The translations under genes were made by a program, and so were the position numbers. The notes beneath the pieces are model-generated. The model did no database searches. It was not told where the DNA came from and saw only the letters and a program-made list of their open reading frames with translations. DNA of 63,836 nucleotides, taken from Paraspadella gotoi. Lineage: Eukaryota; Animalia; Chaetognatha. Below are positions 52,601 through 63,836 of the stretch, piece by piece; the stretch's first letter is position 1, and every line of letters starts with the position of its first letter. The stretch is taken from assembly GCA_051294375.1 (NCBI GenBank), contig CM119267.1, positions 23,522,257 through 23,586,092 of the forward strand, given 5' to 3'.

Positions 52601-55600
52601 CTTTGCCATTTTAAAAATCCTCGTTTCATTTTCAGCGTACGATATTTTTTTTTGTAGAAATTTGTAACCTATTGTTATACAGTACCTAACGTCCAACTTG
52701 AGAGTACTATGCAATTTCAGCCTACATAAGGCATGGATCCGCGGTCATTTCACAGCTGGTTGGGCTTCGGATTTCTCTGCGGCCGCAAGAGGGAGCGTTT
52801 TGAATAGACAAGAACTTAGCACGATCATGTTGTGGAAGAGGTTCATATGTTTAAGAAAGTTGCTCTCTTTTTTATTCACCGGTACCGGAAGATCAATCTT
52901 GCAGTAAAAATTAAAAAGCAGAAAAAGTTCATCCTAGTTATTTTTAAAACAGAAACGCCAACAGCTTTTTTGGGTTCTTTGGTGACAACGAACAACAAAA
53001 CAACCTTACGGACTGTTTGAATTACTAAAATCGGACCTTGCGAGTAAGACTGAGTCAAATAAGTTAACCGACCACTGATTCGTTTTTTGACTCTTATTGT
53101 ATTTTTACTATTGTTTTTCCTCTTTTGATATTGTCGTTTTATTCCTCTTGAAAATTAATTTTGATCATGACAATAATAATATATAATGATATTGTAAATA
53201 TATTCGTGAAACGTCTTCTATTTTTTCTTCAAATTCCTACCAAGTCATTTACCAAAGTTCCTACTTTTTTCGTGAAGTTTCGAATCATTCATTCTTTGTT
53301 CCTCTCTATTGTTCTTTCTTCTTTTTCCAATTCTAATGAAATTAGTATTTACTAGGGCGATAAACGCTTCTCTTATTCTTCTCTCCTTTCTTCTCTTCTA
53401 CTCTCTCTCTCTTCTCTCTATCTCTCTCTCTCTCTCTACTCTGCTCTCTCTCTCTCTCTCTCTCTCCTCTCTCGTGTTCTCAGTCGTCTTCATCCGTCTT
53501 TGCAGGGCAAGTAGATTCCTACTCGACGTCGGGCTGAAAGAGGCGTGGGCGACGACAAAAGAGACAAGAAGAGGATAGAACTGAGAGAGTGAGGACAAAA
53601 TCGGGAAATGTTGGGATGGGTTGGAAAATGACCTGTACAACCTAAACTGCCGTGTTTAATAATAGGAGAGAATTAGAAAATTAAAACAAAAATTATTATG
53701 CGCTGTAGACAACTGGGTAGGAAACAGAAAAATAATGTTGGCGAAACGGTCCTCGTGCTGATTTTGTCCCTTTAAAATTGTTTCTCGAGCCACAATTAAT
53801 TGATCATTACTTTTGGTAAATGTGCGATATACGACTACGGACATTACTGGTATCTGATCATGGAACCCTTGGACCATCACAAAAAGCTAGCTAGATCAAA
53901 ATAGTAAAAAGATGAAGCACTATACGCTGAAAACGTTACACAAAATTTTAACCATTGCTTTTTATAAATGCAAAAAAATATTAATAATTATTAAAAAAAA
54001 CTTAGATAACTCTAATAGTTAACCGGACCAAGATGAATATTTTTTACCCATCTATTCCTCAATTTATATGAATCATTTGTTTGTATTAGTCCAATTAAAT
54101 CTAATAACAAATATGCAAAATTCATTTTCAATATCTTTATGAATGGGAAGTTTTCTCTGCGTTAACTCCCTTGTGTCTAATTATTTAATATTTAAAGATA
54201 TTTTCAAAAACCTTATATATTCGCTCTATTTTTACTTTTTTTTCAATTCTTTCAAACCAAAAAACAATCATAAAAAACATTTTTAAAAATTAATAAAAAA
54301 AAATTTGATTGAATGATTTAGGAAAAAATTTTTGAAATTGAAATATGGAGTTCTGAGTCAGGAAAAAAATTTTGCATTCCTAAAAAATCAGCCTCCTAGC
54401 CTTCGATTTTCTAGAGGGCTGATTTTTTTATTTGATATTTGATTTCTAGCAAAACATTATTCTCAATGAGCATAGGTCGGATGAAATTTTTTTCCACAAT
54501 TAGAAAAAAATTTCAACTTTTTTAATGTAGGCTTTTGGGGAAATAAATAAATAAATATATATGATGGGGTACATCTTGAACGTGATATTCCTCTAAATGA
54601 CAAAGCATTCTTCAAGTTTAATTTTGAAATTTTAAGTATGTACCAATAGCCCAATAATGAGATACCCGCTTCGAAATTTTTATTTAACAAGATTTGTACT
54701 GCGTAATTTAAAAAAAAGTTATTTTTTTAAATAACTTTTGAAAGAAAAGCAAGGTACCGCAAGGTGGAATGTGGTATCAATTAAAGCCCTAATTCAATAG
54801 GACACCTTTCTAAAAGAGTTTTATTAAATTAAATCCATAAATCTTTACACAGCTTTTGTTTAAATCAGAGTTAATGTATAACAGTTTTCTTGCTTTTAAA
54901 AATTTTAAATGAGGCATAATAAATTTTTTTAATTGTTTTCTTTTTGTATTTGGAAAAAAGGAAAGACTGAATTACATTTTGTTTATTATTAAATTTTTTT
55001 TATTCTATAAAATTTGCCTTAATTTTCAGTTAAAGTAAAAAACAAGCAAAATTTATGTTGTAGCTTGATAAAATGTATTTTAAATATTAAAAATGATAAA
55101 TACAAAATGTTTTCAGCTTGATATAAACATCTGGAACATCTACCTTCTTGTCCTGTGAAAAAAAATTCATTTTGCATTCTTTACTGCACACTAAAGCTTG
55201 ACACACCGCTTGCTTTATCATAATAAAGTTGTAAAAAATTATATAGCTGGAAATATTTGGACCAAGCAAAACATCATTGGTTAAATTGTATTGATATTTT
55301 TTTTTTTAAATTAGGGCAGGAATTTAATTCCTATGATTTATCATCCATTTTTAATTCAAGAAAAAAATATTTTCTCGTAATAGCCCATTAGAAAGGGTTT
55401 GACCTGACTTATGATAAATTATTTAGATTTCTTTACTGCCCCTATTTCACAAGAATNNNNNNNNNNNNNNNNNNNNNNNNNCTTAACTTATTCTAATTAA
55501 GAATTAGAATCTATAGGCTGATGAAAGAAATATGCCCACCCTCACCCTTACGACCCTTCCCCCCCCTCTGTTAAACTAAACAAAAGAAGAGAGAAAAACT

Positions 55601-56639
55601 GAATACAAAAAATCCATGAAAGCAAAGATCAACAGTGGTAAAATTATAAAAGAAAAAAGATAAAAAAATTATTTTGTAAAGTCTTTCTTTCGACGAAGCG
55701 CGAGCGAAAATACAATAGTAAAGTATATGGTTTCAAAGAGCATTGATCGGAAGAGGATTCACTGCAGCACAGATGCAGACAAAATTAAGTTTACGTTGCG
55801 CAAAATTAAAAATAGAAAACTTAGTTTTGATAGTAAAAGTCGGTATTTAAATAAAAATACTACATGTGTGTACAAAGTAAACATTGTGTATAATAAAACC
55901 AAAACAAAAACAACTAAAATAAACAAACAAATATTTCGAATTGAATATAAAACTGTTTCTATTTGTCAATCGCTGCTTTAACGATTTGTATAGCATGCAT
56001 GAAAATTTCTTCTCCTCTCTCCTTTAGGGCGAGTAGTACTCTTAATAACTGTGTGACTGTACTACATTAGCCCAACTGATTAAAATACAATAAATAAAGA
56101 AATAAAGAAAACAAAAAAAAAACTCCCGAGCCTGAGCAAGCAGTGAGAAAATTAATAAAAAACATGACATTGTTTGTAATAAGAAATAGGCCACTGAACC
56201 AAACGTCACCCCATCCCATCCCCACCCCTCCCTCACCCCACCCACAAATCCACCCAAGCCTCCTCCCCCACCATCCCCCTCCTTTCCGGCGAATTGGCAT
56301 ACTAGCCGGGAGAATTAGCAAAAATGAAGTAAAAGAAGTGTAGTTGTAGGAAACAAACGAATTGAAAATTAAAAAGCTGTAAATAAGCCAGAATAAAAAA
56401 AAAAACAAAACAAAACAAAAATAACACCAAAAAAATCTGAACATAAACAAATAGAAATAAAACAGAAGGGCAAAGGGCCAGGGAAGAAAAAAAAAAACCA
56501 AAGTAAAAATGTTACGCAGCCCCCCCCCTTCTCCTTGTCTGCCCTCCCCTTCTCCTTTCCCCTCCCTACCAGTTCGCCCTCACCTGGATTCGACTGTCAG
56601 ACCCTAGATCAACAGTCTTTACATTCCCAACCACTTAAA

Positions 56640-57480
56640 ACATTGGTGACAAAGTATCCGCTGAAAAGCAACCAACCAGTTTGAAGCACTATCATTATAG
56701 CTTCAAGGATCCATTTGGAAGGAGATTGGCTCTATTGTCCTGCCCTTTCCCGCTATGGACACGTACCCTTAAATGAACTAGAAGCAAAAGCCCTGAAAGA
56801 TGGAGCTAGTGGCCAGTTGCTAGTTTGGCGGACACTGCCATGTTATATCCGTTGCCATTGCAAACATGGGGTAGACCCAATAACAAAGACAAATGATTTG
56901 TCACTCCTCTACAACCAGTTGATGTACCGAATAGGGAAAAAAAATATATCTAGATTAATTCTAACTTCCATTCTCATTTACGATGAGCCCCAAAGGATAG
57001 ACTGTAAGAAAACAACACAAAAATTAGGACACGACCAGACATTAGAAAAAGCGGCAGCAGAAATCAATTTTGCTTGAAAAAATAGGAACTTCTCATAGTT
57101 CACACGGCTTCGTTTTTCTGTTAGGATGACAAGGGGCCTTCAGTTGGTGACTTTGAGGGATTGACGTTCACCGCGCGTCTCTTTAACTCAAAAATCAGTG
57201 CAACCTACGGTGGCGCCCAAAGCCGGCTTATTTGAGATGGAAAGAATTTGATAAGCGAATCACCTCCCTTCATGGCCTGACCTACAAATTAGATTTTGGC
57301 CAAAAATTACAATCGCATAAATCTTGCGGCTTACACCACAATTGCTTTCCATTTATAGTAGCCCTAGCCCTGTACCGAGGCATTACACCAATTAAGTGCC
57401 TAGCACTGGGTTTTCTCAGTTTTAAAAATCCTTGTGGATTAATTGAGAAAATATCTAAAGGAAGCAAAGCTCAACAAACC
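56640..57480 (-). mobile_element. Possible highly decayed non-LTR retrotransposon (RT) remnant
   Basis: Balanced-composition tract; minus strand 57121-57152 translates VTN*RPLVIL, resembling the LINE RT NW/YRPISLL motif. No intact ORF. Confidence 0.3.
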
Positions 57481-60400
57481 CCACCATGCTATGAAAGACC
57501 AGCTTTCCACTCACCCCCTCCCCCCTCACGCCGTGACCATAGAAGAAATCGTAAGAGGAAATAACATTGAGTCACTCAACCTCAATACTCAACAGACTGG
57601 AAGATAAAAGTGGAGGCCAAAAGCCCCACTCCAGTCCATTAGCCCAGCGCAGGGTCTCCCAGAGCGGCCCTGGCCATCGAAGAGCCTCCACGAGAGAGTT
57701 GGACGCGGCCCACCGTCTGTTGCTGCTCGCCCCAATCTCGACGTTGAAATGAAACTCATGGTGTGCTCCGTGCATGCACGGGACGCGCCCAAAGCAACGT
57801 CGACTTAATCCCTACGTCAGGAAAAAAGAAAATAGAACCGTTTCTACGTCTCGCTAAAAAAAATTACAAAAGAGCAAAAAATAAACGCCACCGTTACTAA
57901 CACTCACCGCTTCCTAGCTTCTTTCATCTTCGCCTTATCATCCATATATTTCTTAAAAACTTTGACTCTGAATCACTGCCAAATCATCACTGATCATCAC
58001 CGAATTATATTCGAGTATTTAATTTGTGCATTTATAATGTACCTGATTTATTTTTTTTTTTTGGAGTTCGTCATGATACATTTCGTTTTGAATTCCACAA
58101 TTTTCTCCTGTATTTGTTTACGTAAACTCCTCAACTGTCTCATTTAACATTCCACTCCTTTTTTTTTCTTTCCCTCCTCCATGATTTCCGTATTTGTATT
58201 TGTTCTTATTCCCCCCCCTCGATTGATTGTCCCCCCACCCTCTCTCCTCTCTTCTTCCTCTCTCTCGCTGACATGCCACGCTCCTGCAGCACGTGTTAAG
58301 TTAAGGTACACTCACACGCACCACCATCGATGACGTTCTCACGCCATTCAGGGCCCCTTGATACGCCCTCTCGGCCCCCAAAAGAGAAGCGCAACAGAGA
58401 AAGAACCGATAGGTTTCGCCCATTCATGCACCGTTTCCTTCATCATTTTCTCCTCATCCTCCTCCCCTCCTCCCTGAGGAGATCCAGGCTCGAGTCCAGG
58501 GAAGTCGTGCGGCGTTAGGTTTTTCATTCACGCTTTTTTTCCTCTTCTTTCTCTCTCACCGTCCCTCTCCCGTTCGTCTTCTGTTATCCATTTTTTTTAC
58601 CGCCGATTTTAGCCGCTACATTATATTTTCCTTTCCCACCATTTCCCCCCGTCTTTTTACTTACCTAGATTTCAGTCAGACTTACCCGACCTTAGTTAGA
58701 GAAATGTGAAAGGATAAGGTAATAAAAAGGAGAAGGAAAGGGAAAGGAAAAGGAAAGGAAAGGAAGGAAAGATAAGAAAAGGAAAGGAAAGGAACAAGGA
58801 AAGGAAAGGAGAAAGGGAAACAGGAAAAAGGAAAAGGAAAGGAAAGGAAAAAAAGAGGAAAGAAAGGAAAGGAAAGAAATGAAAGGAAAGAGAGAGAGGA
58901 AAAAAGAGAAAGAAAAGGGAAAGGAAAGGAAAAGAAGAAGGGGGAAAAAAAAGAAAAAAGACTATAGGAAAAAAGAAGGGAAAAAAAATAAAAAGAGAGA
59001 AAGAAAAAGAAAAAAAGGAAATAGACTTTCAAAAGGTTAAAAATTATATAAATTTTCCACTCTTTTGTTTTTCACTCCTCTTCTTTTTTTTTAGATATTT
59101 TGTGATTTTTTTTTCCTAAAGATTTTTTTCCCCATTTCTTCTCGACCATTACACCAATTCATCAATCTTTTTCATTCATTCTCTCTTCTCTCTCTCCTCT
59201 CCCTCTCCTCTCTCTTCTCTCTCTCTCTCTCTCTCTCTTCCTCTCTCTCTCTCTCGCTCTCTCTCTTTTCTCTCTCTCTCTCTCTGTGTCTCGATTCTTG
59301 TTTATTTTCTGCCCCCGAAGTTGTTTTAGGAGCCTGAAAAAAGGAGAAAGACTGAATTTTAAACGAGTTCATTATTTTTTATTGGGAATTCTTTTTTTCG
59401 TTTTTTTCTTTTTTTCTTTTTTCTTTTTTTACGGAGAGCAGACGCTACTTCTCTTACTTTCTTTTTTTTATCTTAGTTTCTTTCTTAAGTCAATTATTTC
59501 TATATTCCGTCATTTTGTTTACAAATATTTTTCCAAAAACTACACTAGGGAAAATTGGTAGTTAAATCGATTATCCCAGTATAATTTTTTTCAAAAAATT
59601 ATTTTTTCTTTTAAACCAATTCAAAATTAATTATTTAATTTAATTAAACTAGTTAAAACAAGCAATCCTTTAATTTTTTCATTATTATAAAACATATATT
59701 TTCACACTAGGAAAGATAAATATAGATAAAATTATTTCGATTCGACTCAAAAATTCCGCTGTGATGTTTTTTCACGTTTGACGAAGTCGAAAAAAATGTA
59801 AGTTCGACGGACGAAGACCGGAAAATTTCCCGGTGAGGTTTTGGATTCATGGGCATCTCATTATGAAGGAGAGAGTGGGGGATGGGATGTGATAGAAAGA
59901 ATATGTAAGGAGTGAGGAAAGAGAGAGTAAAGTGATGAGAAAAGAAGAGGAAAGATGAAAGAGATAGAAAATAATGTGATAGGAAGAAAAGAGAAAAAAA
60001 TCAGCAAACAAGGGAAAGAAAGATAAGAAAAAAAAGATAGCAGAAAGATAGAAAGAAAGAAGATAAGAAAGAAAAAAAGAAGAATAGAAGAAAGAAAAAG
60101 AAAGATACGGAAAAAAAACACGGAAAGAAAAAATAAGAATAGAGAAGAAAAAAAAGAAAGAAAGAAAAAGAAAGAAAGATAGAAAGACAGAAAGTCTCAA
60201 CTCCGGTGGATCTCGATTCTCGAGGATCCATAAAATTCAAGGGCGAAGAGGAAAAAGCACGCCCAGAGGACGAGGAGGAGGAAGAGGGAGAGGGAGAGGA
60301 GGAGGGATGGAGGAAAGAGGAGAGGAGGAGGAGGAGAGGGGAGGGAGGAGAGAGGAAGGAGATGGAGAAGAGGAAGAGAGGAGAGAAGAGGAAGAGGAAA

Positions 60401-60554
60401 AAGAAAGGAGAGGAGGTGAGGAGAAGGAAAAAGGGAAGGGAATGGAGAGAAGTGGTGAGAAGAAAGAGAAAGGAGAGTAAAGGAAAGAGAGAGAGAATAG
60501 AAAGAGAGAGAGAGAGATGAGAGAGAGATGACGAGAGAGAGAGAGAGCGAGAGA

Positions 60555-60588
<34 letters not shown>

Positions 60589-62219
60589 TAAAGATGGCCG
60601 GACATCCTTAAAAGGTCGGAAAGTGAGAAAGACTTAAACAGGAATTGCGTAGTTTTCATTGTTCTTTAAAATGTGTTTATATTATTAACATTTAAAACAT
60701 TAAACATATAAAAATTAAAACTCTGTTCTAATAACAGTGATTACTTTAATTTTTCTCTAATTTCCTTTCAGATATCTCTTTCCTTTCTTCCCTTTTTTCT
60801 TCTGCCTCTCCTTTCCTCCTTTCTTTTCTTTTCTATCTCCTTCTCCCTTTACGATGCCCCAGTTTCAAAGCCGCTTTTCCATTTTCCCTCCCCTCCCGTT
60901 CCTCCTTCTTCCTTCTTTCCTTCCCTCCTCATTCCCCTTTCCCTTCTCTTTCCCCTTCCCCTCCTCCTCTCTTCCTCTCCCCTCTCTCTCCCTTTCTTCC
61001 CTTTCCCTCCCTTTTTTCCCCTGCCTTTCCTCCTTTCCCTCCTCTCTCTCTTTCCCTTTCCCCTCTCCTCCCTCCCTTCCCTCCCTTTTCCCCTCCCTTT
61101 TCCCTCTTCCCCCTCCCCTCTTTCCCCCCCTCCTCCTCCTCTTCCTCCTTTCCTAGTCCCACCACATCGACGAAAATAATAAACGAAAAATATCTTTTGG
61201 CACTATTTTCTGAAAGCGCCACATTTAGATTACTAATCCTTTAACTTAATTTTAACCCTAATATTTAGCTCTAATTTTAACTTATATAAGTTAAATCCAA
61301 TCCCTAACCCTGACCAAATCCCTTATACTAATCGCTGACTTCTATCCTAATCAATAACCTAAGCTCTAACACAAGTCCAAATTCTGCAACGGGACGCTTT
61401 TTAGAAAATATGGCAAAATATGAAACTTTATTCGATCTCCGCCGCGAGAAAAGAAAAAAAAAACCCACACAATTTTTGGGCGGCAACGAGTATTTCACTT
61501 CTCTTCTCTCCTCTTCCTCCTTTTCCCTTCATCTTTCCTTCTTCTCCACTTCACTTCTCTTCTTCTCTCCTTTCCTCCCTTTTCCCTTCCACTTTCTCTC
61601 CATCTTTCACTTTCTCTTTCTCCTCTTTCCTCCCTTTTCCCTCACTTTTTTTCACTTCACTTCTCTTCTCTCCTCTTTTCTCCCTTTTCCTTTATTTCTC
61701 TTTACTTTCCCTTCACTTTCTCTTCTCTCCTTTTCCCTCCTTTTTCCCTTTTTCCATTCTCTCTTCACTTTCACTTCTCTTCTCTCCTCTTCCCTCCTTT
61801 TTTTACCATTCGCCCATAGTGTCAGTTCGGAGGTCAGGTTAGGGTCAGACAAAGTGACCGCCGGAGGATCCCGACCTCTTTCACTCTGTGATTCTCCTTC
61901 CCTCGGATTCACTCGTTTCACACGATTTTGACGATCGAAGATCGAGAGTAATCACGTTTTTTTCTCTGTGAATTGTTAAATATTCTTCTTCTCGCTTCTT
62001 CGGTTAACATTATACTTTAACAAATATTAAATACTTTACTAAAAATAAAAACATAAACATAAAAATCAACAACAACAACAAAAACGCGAGAAATAAAGAA
62101 ACCCGCGGGGAAACCTAAGCGTCGAACGGACCGACCGCTGGCGAAAACAAAAACAACAAAAAACAGAAAAAAATAAAAAACTAAGGGAAAACAAAAGAGA
62201 GAGAGAGAGAGGAGGAGAG

Positions 62220-62253
<34 letters not shown>

Positions 62254-62257
62254 CGAG

Positions 62258-62293
<36 letters not shown>

Positions 62294-62554
62294 TATATGA
62301 GAAGAGGCGATTTGGGCCACGTGAAAATGCCGACGGGTGGCAAGAAGGAAAGAAAAAGAAAGTAAGTAAGCACGAAAGAAAGAAAAAAAGGTAAAAAAAA
62401 ATAGAAAAGAAATATGTATTTGATCTATTATTATTAGTTAGCGATAAATTGAAAAAAAAAAAAAAAACTTTGGCCACCGCGAGATATCGCTGTCTTTCTC
62501 AAGTACTGCACTGTGTGCCCTTGTTATTTCACTTTAAAAAGCAGGAAATCTCGT

Positions 62555-62782
62555 ATTGCCATCCCACTTTAAGTCCCACTTTGCCATCCCACCTTTCCAT
62601 CTCACCTTGCCAGCCCACTCTGCTATCCCACTCTGTCATCCCAACTTGCCATCCCAATGTGCCATCCCGCATTGCCTTTCCACTCTGCTATCCAAAATCT
62701 GCCACCCAATCTCGCCCATCCACCTTGCCAACTCACTCTGCAATCCCACCTTGCCATCCCACCTTGCCATCCCACCTTGCCT
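62555..62782. repeat. Degenerate 13-bp tandem repeat (ccttgccatccca)
   Basis: Repeating gccatccca motif. Confidence 0.85.
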
Positions 62783-62881
62783 TCTCCCTCGGCCCTCTCG
62801 ATCCCTCCTTATCAATTTGGCCTCAACCTAATCAAAATTCCTTCGCTCTTCTTCTCTCTTCCAATAAAAGACCGGCGGGAT

Positions 62882-62933
<52 letters not shown>

Positions 62934-63291
62934 CAAAAGAGAGAGAGCAGAGAGAGAGAGAGAGAGAAGGGAGAGAGAGAAAAGAAGCGAAAGCGAGAGA
63001 TGGCAGACAAAGGAGGAGAGAGAGAGACAGTTGTTGCAAAAAAGAAATGAAGAAGAGAGAGAAGAGAGAAACGAATCATGGAAGTGACATCGAAGTTTCT
63101 GTGGAAAGAAGTGACAAAAAAGATGATAGAAAACAGTGTGGTGAAGATGAAGTGATAGGAAATGGATGACATCGAATAAATTAAGCCAAACCGACGAAAG
63201 AGATAAAGGGAAAATGAGAAGGATGAGAGAGAGATGAGAAGAAGGATATAGATAGCCAGAGAGAGAGAGAGAGAGATGAGATAGAAGAGAG

Positions 63292-63346
<55 letters not shown>

Positions 63347-63836
63347 TGAGAGCCGTGTGAGCTTAATTAATTCTTTAAATTTCGGTTCCACGGAGGCAAG
63401 GAAAGCTGGTAATCGTGAATACACTACCCATTCTCTCTATCAAGTAATTATATTAAAAGAGCAGGAAAAAAAAAAGCGAATCGAATGTTGGCCAATTAAC
63501 AAGATTAAGCTTTTTAAAGAAAAGAAAAAGAGATGGAGAAAGAGAAAAGAACAAGGAGAGAAGAGAGAGAGAGAAGAGAGAGAGAGAGACGAAGAGAAAC
63601 AGAGAGAACAGAAGAGAAATGATTTGAGANNNNNNNNNNNNNNNNNNNNNNNNNNNNNNNNNNNNNNNNNNNNNNNNNNNNNNNNNNNNNNNNNNNNNNN
63701 NNNNNNNNNNNNNNNNNNNNNNNNNNNNNTCTCGTTATATTCGTTTTATCTATCACTGTCATTCCACTGTCATTGCTTCATTATTCTTCGCATCGTTATC
63801 GTCGCTATCTTCGTTAACATCGTTATCATCTTAAAC

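Noticed and set aside
61250-61370. Telomere-like taaccc motifs
   Set aside because: Only scattered degenerate units; no true tandem array.

Overview
AT-rich, microsatellite-dense animal (probably invertebrate) genomic scaffold from a gap-filled draft assembly. No prokaryotic features are present. The only well-supported genes lie in the first 5.6 kb on the minus strand and are invisible to the ORF track because they are spliced. Gene B is a complete 5-exon gene (5561->1704, ~339 aa) encoding a signal peptide, a Ly6/uPAR (three-finger)-like Cys domain ending CxCxxDxCN, a degenerate second domain split by an acidic ETELDxG heptad array, a Thr stalk and a GPI-anchor signal. Immediately downstream is the 5' part of a tandem paralogue, gene A (401->window edge). 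The rest of the window is mostly non-coding: two tRNA-derived SINE families, a CCA-bearing tRNA-Leu 3' fragment, a palindromic insertion with a 7-bp target duplication beside its own empty site, a Penelope/hammerhead-like inverted repeat, Helentron-like and LINE-like remnants, and many mini- and microsatellites. About 13 kb consists of error-rich tandem second copies, mostly next to 25-N gaps (assembly or haplotype artefacts), including one stretch where two sequences appear interleaved base by base. Nearly all ORF-track entries are low-complexity artefacts.
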